Below, in pieces: positions 26,951-40,660 of a DNA stretch of 64,000 nt. The stretch is taken from the NCBI GenBank assembly GCA_051362555.1, contig CM120646.1, positions 21,886,001 to 21,950,000 of the forward strand, given 5' to 3'. Position 1 is the stretch's first letter. Each line of letters opens with the position of its first letter. Under the pieces are notes generated by a model. It saw nothing but the letters and a program-made list of their open reading frames with translations. It ran no database searches and was not told the DNA's origin. The stretch is from Lingula anatina. Its lineage: Eukaryota; Animalia; Brachiopoda. A program made the position numbers and the translations under genes.

Positions 26951-27123
26951 CTGGGGTAGTGCTAGCAGTTTTTTTCCCTTAGCCAAATCACCACTTTTAT
27001 GTCAATTTGATATCCAAATGGTTCTAATTTGACTAAAATTAGTCAAATCAAGCCCTTTTTGCCTGGCCAATTTAAGTCAGTTTTAGCATTTGGCTAAATT
27101 GGCGAGTGTTAGTGCTACCCCAG
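26951..27123. mobile_element. MITE with a 5-bp TSD
   Basis: ctggggtagtgctagca ... tgttagtgctaccccag, flanked by AATAT on both sides. Confidence 0.7.
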
Positions 27124-28220
27124 AATATGCACTTTTTTATGTTTTTAGGGTTAAATTTTTTCCCTTATGTTAGCACTGCCATTGTCACATTTTAAATGGA
27201 GTTTTGTTTCCTTGTTTGTTGAAAGTTAACTGTAAAGCTTGACAGAAAAGCCAGAACTAAGAGAGCATTCACATCGAGAAGAGCCGAGGTCTAGCAAGGA
27301 CGAGGCCTAGATATGACCGACCTGCACGAAAGGAAGGCCGCATAATCTTTTAATAGTATCTTAATGAATGTCATTGAAATTGGATTGCTATTTGGGTAAA
27401 GTGTCTAAATGGGCATACAAAGGAGTTTTAGATGGACATTATTCACAAAAACAGCACTTCCACAGAATCAAGCACTTCAAGTAAACACCATCTATTTCAT
27501 ATTTAGTGTCTAACAGCCGTCCAGTACATAGAAATAAAGAACTAAAAATTGCATTTACATCCTGGGATTGTAACATACATATTGTGTGTCACGTGACTCA
27601 GATACAAGCCTATGAATGAATGGGCGGGAAGAAGTGTGGAAAAACTGCTCAATCTACAATCTATCAGTGAAGGCCGAGTGAGCAGGCATACCATGTGACT
27701 ACTCTATTTTAATAAGTCAATGCAGTCATTGCAGTCAAAAAACTTTTTAGCACATAAGAAGGTTATAAAGAAGAAAGGAGCATGACGCAAAACTTGTATG
27801 AATAAAAGTAGGATTGTAATAGAGAGGGCAGTGGCACGTCAACAGAGGTAAATAAGACATAAAGCATTATGAGACCTTGCACTAAGACAACATTGAATGA
27901 TGCAATGGTTAGAAAGCCCTGATAGTATTACTAGTGAAAAGTGCCCACGCAGTGATTGAATTGTGTGCGTGCAAACTGTTTTCAGAGACAGTATAGCGTA
28001 AAACTGAACGAGAAGAAAGGACAAAAAACAAAGTTGAAACCATGTTTTGGAGAATAATATATGCATCTGATGGTGCTGATTATTTAAGGTAAACAGTATT
28101 AGACACCACTCTTATGTCGTCTCAACAACCATAATAGCACCCTCTCTTGGTTTGTATGCCGCTTTTTACAAAGTTTCAAGGTTACAATAAGGTCTACGTG
28201 CATTTTTTGTTATTAAAATA

Positions 28221-31200
28221 CGGTAATGTGCCATGAATTTAGAACGGCTCTTAAATTTCGAACGATCTTAAAATCGGCCGTCTGGAGTTTTTTCTGGATC
28301 ATGAATTTCGGCCAGTAAGCAATTTTGCGCAATCTTGATTTCGTGAATTTCGTACACCTTAAAATCGGCCACGGGGCTATTTTCTCGCTCATAATGATAT
28401 AACAGTCGGCAATGTTGCCCTAGCGTACTTTTACCTGAGTACTACGTGTGCGGCCCAAGGTGCAAGATAACGATCGGTACAGTTAGTTTAGGACGCTAAA
28501 CAACATTATCATATCCATTCATTCAGATAACAGGAGAATCTATTGAGAGTTGTACTGTGGGGCTGTTGTTTCTTTACCGCAGTACTCGGTGTGAATAGCG
28601 ATCGGTAGTTTTGCTGAGGCGCACAATAGCATAGTTAACAGTAGAGACTTCAATAACAGAACAAAAGAAGCAATATTAAGAGCTGCAATAAAGATAACCA
28701 TCATTGCTTTCTTGTCTCGCTCGGATCGTTCACGATCTCCCACTGATGATCTTCCGCTAATGAAGTCCCTTGAAATGTACAAATGAAATGACAAGTATTT
28801 TAAAAAATTATAAATTCCAATGGGGAGGGAGGGTTAAAACGATCTCCGGCTGACGATCTTCTGCAAACCAAAGCCACTGAACAAGTATGAGCTTTCTCGT
28901 TTCGCTGGGATTGCGAACGATCTCCCGCTGACGATACGAAAATTGCGTTCTCGTCTCGCCCTTTGGCTTACGAAGTCTCTTTAACAAATATGAAAATTGC
29001 CTCCTGTCTCTCTCGGATTGCGAACGATCTCTCGCTGAAAATTTGAAAATTGCCTTTTTGTCAATCAGGTTTGTCAGTTGCCGTGCGTATGAAGGTCCGG
29101 AAGGTGTCCCCTTTAACAAATTGGCGGTTAGTTGCTTAGAGTGTTTTGTACCGCATGAAGGTCACTCTTGTCACTGTTGCATACGGCGTGGAATGTGTAT
29201 CTTAAAGTTAATAGAAACATTTTATTGTGTTTTGTAAGCTTTGGGAAGTAGTTTTGTCGTGACTGAATATCAGCGTACACTACAAAGTAGTACCATTCAT
29301 CTGTGACGCATCATAAAAGCTGGATACGTTGATATTACTCTATGAAAATTTCTTACAACGTCCACGGCTGTCCCGACAAGCCAAAACGTCATTTTTCAAA
29401 TAAAAAAGTCGTAAGCCGTCTAGCCGTCTTTGAAAATATAGGCCATCCGGTGATGTCAGCGGCTGTCCAAATGATGGCTGGACGGTTCGCTGGGAAAAGC
29501 CTTGCTCATAAGGGTATATTTATTTAACTAGGGGCTTACTGACACAAACTTTGGCAACTTACATAGATTGTGCCTGCTTGTATCAAGCTAAATTCTGAAA
29601 ACGGTGCGGTACTGCTGTTTGTTGGGGTTTGCTGTATCTATCCTGAAGTCTCGAAAAATAATCTGAAAAACTGAACGCTCGGGTGCATGCCTCCCAAAAT
29701 TATATTAAAGGATAAAATTGTAAAATATGTAAGTTTAATTGTTTGTAAATTTTGTAAAAATTGCCCATGCCACCCCGTTAGTTTGAAGGGTTAAGCTGGA
29801 TCAAGTCCGTGTCAAAATTCTTTGAAGCTTTGCCGGGAAAAATCAATCTTCCTTTGTTACTCTGGCTCCTTGTTTAACCCGATGATCAGATTTATCTAGT
29901 GCCCTCAGGTCTGCTGGAGCAGCTCTTTAAAAATAACACACAGGTAGATTTTTATCTGAGATAAATATCACCAGCGAGAGTGCATTCTATACACTCAAGA
30001 CAAAAGCTACCTGTGAGCTGAAGGGCTCTTTACCCTCTAATTAAGAGGTAAAGGAAGTTCCAGCTAGATGGACGATTAAGATAACTAGTATTGTTTACCT
30101 CAGTTCTGTGAAATCAAACGAGAAGGGTGTCAGAACAATGGTGCATATATAAATTATACAGAGGATTTGTACATTCAGGTGACGTTAACTTATAATCGAA
30201 GGGGATTTTCGATAATATTCCATGAAAAGTACACTAGATTTATAGAAAATAATTATCATGGCTGGCCAAAAAATTATACGCACAGTGTATCCGTGCGTAG
30301 GCCTGGTTACACCCCGGTCGCAAACCATATCCCGCTGACTACATGAAAATTGTCTGCTAGCATGGACAAAAAGTCCAAGCTTCTATGCTTGCTCGGATCG
30401 CTGACGATCTCTTGCTGACAAATACAGTAACGAAGTCCCTTGTACTAGTGTGGAAATTGGATTATTGTCGCGCTCAGATCGCTCACGATCTCCCATTGAC
30501 CATCTTCCAGTCCCTTGAATGGCCTTTCTGTCTCACTCGAATTGCTAACGAATGTAAAAACTGCCTTTTCAGTTTACTCTAAATTACTTATCTCTCGCGT
30601 GTTTGTTTGAAGATGGTTTAAATGACAAAACGTACACACTTTTCAAATGTGTACATTGGCGCAACTACATGTATGTGCCAGGAAATCAGTTTCTGCTGCT
30701 GGTCAAGATTGGGTAGCCTGAGCGAAAATAAAACGGCCCTGCATCCCCCCCCAAACCTAGTATATTTGATCGCAGACAACAATCAGCGGTCATCTTGGTC
30801 GCAGCCCACAACGGAGAGAGACCGTAATACACAGTGGCGAAGGCTACCTGTGCGCCGCACATACCGATCTGCGGTCGTAGTGGCCTCCCTGCACGGAGGA
30901 GAGGAGCCGTAGTGCTGAGGCCGGCTTCTGCAGGGAAGGCTACAGTATGTATGCGTCGAAGCCACTGACCCCAAACGGCGAGATGAGGACGCACTCGCGG
31001 GTAAAGCTCCGCCCGACTTCAACGGTAAAGGCAACGAACCTGGTCGCGGAAGACACTTATCGCAGATGAAGGCTACCTGTACGTGTGCCATAGACACCGA
31101 TCGGCTGTCGTCTCGGTTTCAGCGCACAGAAAGGAGCAACGGTAACACTAAGCTTCCATAGTAAAGGTTATCTGGCCGTGGTAGATGCTAATCGTCGGCC

Positions 31201-31636
31201 GTCTCTCCCTCCGTCCCCTCCGGTTCTGAGCGCCAGGATCGTTTTTGAAAAACGACACTAGTTTCTAGCTGCCAGAATCGCTTTTGAAAAACGACACTAT
31301 TGATAACGATGCTGTTTTGCGGCCCTAGACAACAGTACTGCTCGTTATCTAGCACCTTGGGCCGTACACAGTGATCGGGTGAAAGTACGTGTATCCCTTT
31401 GGTCACAGTTACCGACACTCACACATCATACATTATGGTAACTCTAAATAGATCGTCGGGAGAAGATAATAGAAGGCCTAGCAACGAACAGACAACTTCT
31501 GGTCAAAATTGACAGAATTCCATGAAATTCGAACGTTTGGAAGTTCAGAGCACCTCCATTTCATGAATTTCGGCCAAAACGATCTTTTCCCAAATTTAAT
31601 TATTTTCTACTGTTCGAAATTCATGGCACATTACCG
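28221..31636. mobile_element. Non-autonomous pogo/Tc1-mariner-like element, 3.4 kb
   Basis: TA|cggtaatgtgccatgaatttagaac ... gttcgaaattcatggcacattaccg|TA. No transposase ORF seen. Confidence 0.78.
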
Positions 31637-31823
31637 TAAGAAATCCAGATGGGTGATAACTACAAAAAATTGTTTTGGTTTCTTTTTAAAATTTTGTATT
31701 ATATAGTTGCCTTTTAAGAAGTTTAGAGGTTTTAATATTTACAAAGTAATTGTGGTTGAATGATTATTAAGCAATTTTCCAGAATTTTCAAACCCATTTT
31801 TACCTACTGATATAAAGTGCCTT

Positions 31824-32260
31824 CACTAGTGGGCTAGATTTGGTCTCAAAGTGCAATTTAAGTTCACAAGTGATCTTACACAATCTTAATCATTACAGCA
31901 GTAGTCTTAGAGGACACCTCTGCTCACAATAGGAGAATGTGTAAGGGGAAACAACTTGATTGGCTGTCAGACTAGAAATGGTCTTACTCATGTTTTAAGT
32001 GATAGATACAATATGAGTCGCCGAACTGTACGTGAAATATTACGAGTGTATTGGCGAGCCGCAGGCTTAAACCACGGCCACTGATTGGCTACTACACTAG
32101 TAATGCAACAGACCATGGAATGCACTCGTACATGACGTGCTTGTCTGTCAAATACAGCACGGCCGAGTCTGTTGTTCTACGTGCTTGCTGTGGTTTAAGA
32201 TCATGTAAGACTATTTGTTTTCTTAAATTGCACTTTAAGACTAAATCAAGCCCACTAGTG
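31824..32260. mobile_element. CACTA/EnSpm-like non-autonomous element, copy 1
   Basis: CACTAGTGGGC...GCCCACTAGTG termini, 3-bp TSD CTT. Confidence 0.85.
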
Positions 32261-32968
32261 CTTGGCATGGTTTAAGTTACAAAAATTATCTGTAGAATTA
32301 TATATTCCAAATGTAATATAATTATTGTGAAAATGGTATCCAGAGTAAGTAGATGAATGTGTGTATTTTTCAGTATTGCTTATTACATTCTAACAAATCT
32401 GTAACAAGCGTGACAGATACAAAAGAAGGTATGAAATCTTTGAAATCATCGTAGTCAGTCTATAACCAAAAATATATATCTTATCTTTAAAATATTTTAA
32501 TTTATGAGAATGACCACATATATAAAATTGAAATGTTTTATGGCTTACTGATTTGAACATTTAGAAAATGATTATGTGCATGAGTACAGTAAGTGTAAGA
32601 TATAGTTTAGTCTTGGGTGTCTTTCATGATAATTTTTATGTACAGACACACGTGTCTGTACATATAGCTGTCACCTGCGTCTGCCGACACCTTGCACTTT
32701 CACCGATAACATAATTATTGGAAAACCATTTTACCTTTTGGCTTGAAACTAACAGGACTGATAAACATTCATAATATGCAGGTCAAGCTCAAAAATCAGC
32801 ATGATCAGGCCATTTTTATGGAAGCTATGCTGTTTTTTCACTTTTTTTAGCATATATGCAAAACCCATAACACGATAAGTGAAAAACTGTTTTACCTTTT
32901 GGCTTGAAACTTACAGAACTGATGAATATTCATAATATGCAGGTCAATTTCGAAAGTTTTGATGAAGT

Positions 32969-32999
<31 letters not shown>

Positions 33000-33140
33000 G
33001 TATAAGTTTTTTTTTTCCTCAGATTTAATTTTAAGGCATGTTAACAGTCTCATTTTTGAACTAATTAGATATATAAAGGTGTTCTTTTGACATTTTCTGC
33101 ATCATAACAATATTGCTAGTTGATTACATAAAAATGATTA

Positions 33141-35881
33141 CAGCCCGGGAGCCACTGGTCTGCCGCTAGGTGGCTATTAAACAAACCGGAAATTCGAGAA
33201 TTTGAATTGGGCAATATTTTTTGAGATTTATAGGGTGTCATAAACGGTGTATTATCTCGGCTATTAACGTACTTGGGGTTACAATATGTACATTGTCATA
33301 TTGAGAAATAAATTTCGAATAATGTGAGATGACCCAAAAGTTGATCTACAGCATATTTAATGTTGAAAAATGAGTTTGAAATCGAAACTTTATTAAAGCT
33401 ATTACGGAAGTTCGTTTTTGATTTTGATTTTTGTACCTATAGAGGCCTCCGCACAACTTGAAATTACTACAAGTTGTGGAAAATTTATTCAGCTTTCTGT
33501 CAATGTAAGCATATAAAGAACTTTGCCTTAAGCTGTGAATGGCAGAAATCAATTCACGGCCATGTCAGCCTGAAAACTCTCACTTACGATATCCGCATAT
33601 AAGCCTCGCTTTGACTTAGGGCTTTCTCATGAGCTTCAGTCTCGTTTTAGTTTTTCCTTCACACAGTATTACTTATATAGAGCAACTGGGTATTGGGGAC
33701 AATGAAATAATTTTTTTCTTGGCACTTACCACGGTGCTAATACAAATGAACTTTAACATTTTTTTTCATTGTAGATAAACCTTTTTATTACATGAGGCCA
33801 ACTGATGAGGGTATTCCTTTCATTAAATATGAAAAATAACAAATGAAAGACAATTTACATTTAATCACATTGCTATATATTTTATTTTAATTTTACATAA
33901 AATTCAACTAGCTTGAAATATTTTACCAGTGAGACATGTACATTGCAAAATAGTTATTTTACATTACATTGTACATTAATTACCCAGTAGGTGATAATTC
34001 AATGCTACTTTACTTGATTGGTACACATTTATATATATTTAACCATCTAACACACAATTTCCCTTTACACAGTGGACCAGAATTTTTACAAATAATATAA
34101 TTTCATAAATTTTCCCAAAGATGTCATGTTAATTTTCTTTCAGTGATACCAGGTATCAATCCATATTTGCATTTGAATAAACTTGTTTTACTTGTTACGT
34201 ATTCTGATAAGTAGATACTATCTATAAGCTACACATATATAAAAAACCTGCACAGTAAAAATAAAACAATGTATTGTTAACTTAGTTGCACATACACTTT
34301 TAACTAACTTCATGTGGTTAAAACCTAAATTGATTTCACAAACTGCATTTCTATGTACTGATAACCAATAACTATTTATATTAGCAAGAGCACATATTTT
34401 TCATCCCTTAGAAGTATCCCAGAGGTTGTGGTGTTCATTGCCACACAGCATTTGGAAATGATGGGCGCTTTTGTTATGATAATTGCACGGCAAAAGGAAT
34501 AATCCTGGTCCCATTCATGCTATTCAAGCCTAGAATAAATAATAGAGTTTTTAAAAGAATATCATAAACAAATTCTAACTACATTTATCAATTGCTCACA
34601 CACATACACACTGAAATTAATCATAATTTATTGCAATCTTTGTAATAGGTAAACTGTAACAATCAATCTTAAACAGCACTATATTTACAATCTTTACCTT
34701 AAACTGCACTATTTATACTTAATTCATAACAGTGATTATTAAAAAAACACTTGAAACTGAACTTTGGGCAAAGCTGCACACCCATCATAATTCAAAAACC
34801 CAATTTGAATCAAGGCATGAAAAAATTAGAAAACACATGCAAGTCAGAGCACCACATCACTATCATATGGCCTCATCATTGAAGAGCCTGTTTCATTTAA
34901 TGTACATACACAAATACATATATTATTCACCTTTTTTAAACTTGCATTTTATGACATTCTTGTCCTCAAAACCCCCAAACAATGCAATAAAACTTATTTT
35001 GTGTTTACATGTTTTTTTTCTAAAAAAATTAACACAATTGATACATTTAACCCCCCCCCCCCGCCCCCAGCAAAAAAGACATAATTTACGATTCATATAT
35101 TTCAAAACATGCCTATGGTTAGTTTACAATACTGTATCTTTCACAACTACTGGTACCAATGCCCCCCCCCCCCTCCCCACCGCTTTGCAAACAAGTACTG
35201 GAACACCACGATATGCACATGCGTGTATGCAGGTTGGATGACAATGTTATTTCGCAATCCACTTCATCCTTTTCACATTAAAACACGAAGAAATTGCATG
35301 AGAAGCCAAGATTCAAACATTTCACTTATACGGTGACATTCATTCCATGCATGAGACCAGAAAGCCACTGCCATCACTCGATCAACTAAATGATAGGTAC
35401 CCGGCACGGTGAATATACAGCTTGTTGGAAATGTTGAAATTCTACAAATTACAGGCCATCGCACATCTTAAAAATTTGATATGTTCAAAAAATATTGCCA
35501 AACTATGAAAAAACAGGAACAGATAAAGAAAAAAACCCTTAAGCTGCATTTGGCACAGTTCAAAAGTCAATGTTTACAATGACGTTTTGTGTGCGGCCAT
35601 TTTGCTAATCGCCAGTAACTTTAGAGAATACTCAGTGAAATCGATACACGAAGACTTATTCGGTGTATAAAATGTAACTTAAGCATATACTGTATTGTCC
35701 CGTCAAATTCATTAGTATTTAAATCTACTGTTCATTCCACAAACACATGTACAACTTACCTGTCTCTATGCCTTCGTCTCCCGCCAAATTTTTTTGGGGC
35801 TACCACTCCACGTTTTGAAAACGAGGCCAAATCTAATATTTTCCAAAATAACCGTCAAATCAGCCAGTGGCTCCCGGGCTG
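33141..35881. mobile_element. 2.7-kb TIR element with TTA TSD, inserted in HINE1
   Basis: Perfect 18-bp TIR CAGCCCGGGAGCCACTGG with tta on both flanks. The HINE1 consensus resumes after it. No intact transposase found. Confidence 0.82.
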
Positions 35882-37333
35882 TTAGTAAACCTGTTATTTT
35901 ATATTTTTTAAAAAAGTGTCTAAAATGGAAATAAACTTATATCTTAACAGTTTGTCAGATGTTCAGAATCTCAGAATGTAGCAAATTGGACATTTAAAAT
36001 TGTTCTTTTGATATTTTCCTTTGTCAACAATTTTGTTAGTTGAGCATTTAAAAATTATAGTAAATTGATTATTTTGTTTTATGAAAAAAATGTTGAAAAT
36101 GGAAAGAAAATCATTTCAGTACAGTTATCTTTTGTTTACATTTTGGCATTTTGAAGGTGTGACTGAAATTCCATGGCCTTGAAGACCTTTCCATGTCACA
36201 TTTTCTGAATGTCCATAATACTTTTACTTTATTTCTAAAAATTGATGGCCATTATGCTGTTAAGCATTATGTAATATTGCATCAAAATTGAAGACAACCC
36301 TGTTTTGGGCACTGCCTCCATAGTGACCATTAAAGGAAAACCATGTCACTTGCTTTTCTCAAACTTACAGAAAAGTAGCATAGAACTAATTAATAGCTTC
36401 AGTTGGAAAACTTGGCTAATCGGTTAACTTTTCTGGAAATATTATAGTTTTTTATAAGAATTATAATTTTCACATATCGACATTTTCAAGGTGTGACTTT
36501 GAACTTCCATTGGCTTGAAGACCAGACCTTTGCTAGTCACATTTCCTGAATATCCATGATACTTTTACTTTATTATTTCAGTCACAATAACTCCTCATTT
36601 GGCAAAGAATTGAATTTTCCAGGAGTAAATGGCAATTTTCCCCTTCTTACCAATGGTCAACGACCCCATTCCTGCATTCAAAGTTAGTCCAGGTTTTTTT
36701 TCCTAAACGTTTGGTTTTTTGTTAAAATCTCTTAAGAGATTTTAACTGACAGAGCCCTCTCTGACACTGCATAGTCACGCGATATCTGGTGACCTACTTA
36801 AAACCGTGGGAAAAGCAGACAACAACAACACTATATAACAATAATATAAGGTTCATAACATATATTTGTCTTATTGCTCAAGATGCATTTATATCTACAA
36901 GGTGTGCAGTTCTGGGCTTTTCATTATCCGACGCTCTGTACAAAAACTCGCAACTTATGACTGAGGATTGCATCACACGTCTGCTTTCTTATGCTGCCAT
37001 ATGTTATTTTGGTCTCGAATGAACTCGAGAATCCGCATGACACCCCAACGTCATTGGCAACAGATGCCTTGACAACCGGGAAGAAAGGCATTGAAAGCCC
37101 TTTTGACAAGCACAGATTATAGTTTTATTACAATAACAGCTGTTTTAGTGGTAAAATGCAATATAATATATTTCCATGCATTGTTTTCAATGTATTTCTT
37201 GCGAAATTTTGAATCTCAAAGGAGGAGTTATTATTGCTTTAAAAATTGGTCATTATGCTGTTAAGCATAATGTTATATTGCATAAAAGTTGAAGAAAACC
37301 TTATTTGGACACTGCTGCCAGGATGACCATTAA

Positions 37334-37555
37334 AACCCCCTTTACACTGGACGGCGTCCTTTCTGCGTCCTTTGTGTGACCATGAAATTGGCATTGCTGT
37401 GGTCGTAAAAAGGAGGCACAAGCATCACTTTGGTTGCAGAATGAATGCTCAATGATCGGCCAGTTGTTGGCACATAATATATTATTATTTTTAACTCTTA
37501 AAGTGGGGCCGCACTTCGGGAAGCAGAAAGGACGCCATCCAGTGTAAAGGGGGCT
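37334..37555. mobile_element. PIF/Harbinger-like MITE
   Basis: TAA|aaccccctttacactggacggcgtcctttctgc ... gcagaaaggacgccatccagtgtaaagggggct|TAA. Confidence 0.82.
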
Positions 37556-38551
37556 TAAGGGAAAACCATGTTACTTATGATACTAAAACTTACTGAAAAG
37601 TTTCATAGGACTGAAGTGCAGCTGGTGTTGGAAAATCAGTGCAATTGTTTTCTGTTTTGGAAGCAGTGCAGTTCTATAGAGTGCTATATGGTGCTACTGT
37701 ATATGGATGGTTGTCAATGTGTAATTGTCCCTTGGGTAATCACTAGCTAGATTAAGGGCTATTATGTCACTTGCCTTATTAACTTTCCAGTGGCCACTAA
37801 ATGAGATTACATAAAAAAAACGTTGAGATTTCCCTGTAAAGTCCCATAGGTTTAGCTTTCTTAACTGTGTCACGTAATTAGGAATCAGTGATAATTATGC
37901 AGGTAAATGTTGTTTAATATTGCAAACAAGTTTACAAAAGAAAAAATTTTGTGTAACACCAACATTAATGCTATAGATGAATAACAGTGCCTTATTATTC
38001 TCAAACTCAATGGGGTTATTCATATCATGTTAATACAGCTAGATTAAAAGTTTGAATAGCAGCTTCATTGGAATTTTTTGTTATGTTTTATTTTAATTTT
38101 TTTTTTTTGATTATTTTTTTCAAACGCTAGCATCTTCAAGATGTGACTTTTAACTACCATTCACCAGAAGTTGTGTACATTTTCTGTATTTCCACATGAG
38201 CATTTGTATTGGTTTTTATGTCTTTAAACATTATGTAATATTATTTTATGCACTGTCATCATTTTTCACATATTGGGATTTTCATTATGTGAATCGAACT
38301 CTCACATTTGGTCCTGAAACTGTAATCTTAATGACCATCTTACCTGTTGTGCATGATGAAATTTTAGTGTTGATTGACTGTGCTGTTATAAGCATTATTT
38401 ATTATTGTATCAAAATTGACAAAATGACCTATTTTCTGCATCTTCATTTTCTGTTTTTTGTCTGTACATTTGACAGCTTTGCTGCCTTGTTTTTCATTGC
38501 ATTGACAATGCCATTTTGAAGTAAAGATTAGGATCTGCATTATTAATATAG

Positions 38552-38800
38552 GTTATGCAGCAATAGATGAGATTTCAAATGATACCCAGTTGCAAGTAGG
38601 AGATGCCTTTGCATTGGTCTGCAATGTATCCGGGAATCCTCCACCAAATGTGACGTGGGTGAAGGATGGCACTGTAAAGTCTACCACATATCGACTGCAA
38701 CTACTGCATGTTACTGAGCAAGATGCAGGTTGCTATATGTGCATAACAACTATTGATAGTGCAGTCACTGCAAATAGAACAGTGTGTATACATGTTGAAG
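38552..38800 (+). CDS. IgSF exon E8: I-set Ig domain
   Basis: Acceptor ttaatatag|38552, donor g|gtaaaa, phase 1-1. Translation YAAIDEISNDTQLQVGDAFALVCNVSGNPPPNVTWVKDG...EQDAGCYMC...IHVE. Confidence 0.88.
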
Positions 38801-39826
38801 GTAAAATAAAAGACGTTGATGGATGCAATTTACGTTACAACTTAATAAGTATCCTAACCTAGCAAGTCTCTGTCTCTCTTTTGAGTTAATCTTATGTAAC
38901 TCTGTAACTTCAAACTACTTGTTTTAGACACATGCTCTTAGTATCAGTGCCTTTATGTTTATCTGAATATTGATAGCCTCTAGGTCAAAATCATTATATA
39001 GTTTATAAACTATAACTTGCTTATTTCATTGCTGCAGTTGTCTTGACCAATCAAACTTTTCATCCCATTTTGTGATCTGGCTTTCATTTTTCTCTTATTC
39101 TCCTTGAATATTTTTGTCACTTGATTACACTGCAGTGACTTTGCACTTACTATGTTTTGTTCATTTGTATTTCCTTCTTCACCTCCTACTAAGGAAGTCA
39201 TAGATTAACATGTTTGTGGTGGTATGAGTTTATTGTACAGTGATAAATTCATTGGAATACATAGCCTAGCCAATAAAATGGGGAAGTGTTACTACCTGTT
39301 GTCCTAGATCATGACATTCAGGAAAAGAATAGTTCAAATGATATCTACATGTCTTATCTCAGCAGCAATGTGTTATGCTTCCTGCTAGGAGTCTGTGTAT
39401 TCCATTTCTTTTGGCTTACATATTCTCAGCTCTTTCTAGGTTTCTCTTACGTTTGTTTTTAAAACATAATTTTTGAAAAATCATATTAAAGTTGGATTTA
39501 GTACTTTTAAAATTGTTTAGATTGTTTTAATTTGTATCGGAGAGAACTGAAGTAACTCAATATTGCAATTGGCAACTGTGATTCACAACAACATGCAGTT
39601 ATATTGTGACTTTTTTACTGTTAACTGAAGTTGCCTAAGTCATCACATATTTCAACAATAACAATTCATGTTGTTGGAAAGATAAAAATTTTAATTTTTC
39701 ACATAGACTGTTTCTCTTGAATATATATACTGTGATACTGATACAGGATAAATTGTATATTAAGATTTTGATTATTAATGAAGCTTATAGAAAATCACCA
39801 AATTTGCAATGTTCCTTTCTTTTCAG

Positions 39827-39937
39827 GTGTGAATGATGGTCTGACTACAGGACAGATTGTGGGAATAGTAATCGCAGTTATTGTAGTAGCTGTTATTGGT
39901 ATTGTTATTGTTGCCATCGTCATATATAAGAAACCGA
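39827..39937 (+). CDS. Transmembrane exon TMb
   Basis: Acceptor ttcttttcag|39827, donor a|gtaagt, phase 1-1. Translation GVNDGLTTGQIVGIVIAVIVVAVIGIVIVAIVIYKKP, a typical type-I TM segment. Confidence 0.9.
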
Positions 39938-40660
39938 GTAAGTTGTTAAAAGGTAAAGTTGAACACTTAATTAATGGTGCAAAAAGCACTTAACCATTTT
40001 AGTTAACGTCATTGTGCATTTTGTTATATTTGTTATGTCTGGATAAAAAAATACTAGGCAAGGGAAAGTTCTGATAAAAATGCTTTTTGAATAAATTAAC
40101 TTTTCCTACTTTAATTTGTAATACTAAAAGTAGCATGTTGATCAGATTAAATATTCTAAAAACAGACATATCACACTTAAATGTAATTTGTATTTGATTA
40201 TATTATTATATATAAGCAAAATATATGCAGTGTTACTCATTATTAAATTGCAAATCATCTGTTTACAAATAAGGCATTACATCCTATTTTACCGACACTA
40301 AGACATTTATTACACATAGATAAACTAAGTTTATTTCTGCTTAAATACCGATGGCATCTATTGGCAGCGCACAGTGCAGTTTTAAATGTTGCTTATTTCA
40401 TGATCGATGCCAAATTAATATGGAATGATAATGTATAAATATGTCTAAATCTTTCAAAAATAGCAGTGCGAATAGCTGACTATGAATTTTTGTAAATGTG
40501 GAATGCAATGTCATTGAGTGTTTCATTGATAAGCTATTTCCCAAGTACAAGAATGAGTGTATTTTCAGGAAGTAACAAAATGGATGAATCTTTCAATACC
40601 ACTAGGTTGTATGAAACTTGTGTTGCTCTGTTGCTTCAAAAGGCCTTTCCTGTTAACTTA

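Larger units (their letters stand above)
32633..38491 (+). mobile_element. HINE family 1 copy interrupted by several insertions
   Basis: Head tatgtacagacacacgtgtctgtaca, tail gctgccttgtt. Interrupted at 33141-35881, about 36580-37240 and 37334-37555. Confidence 0.8.

Noticed and set aside
34732-35464. ORFs inside the 2.7-kb TIR element as a transposase
   Set aside because: Low-complexity sequence with no recognisable DDE or DNA-binding motifs.
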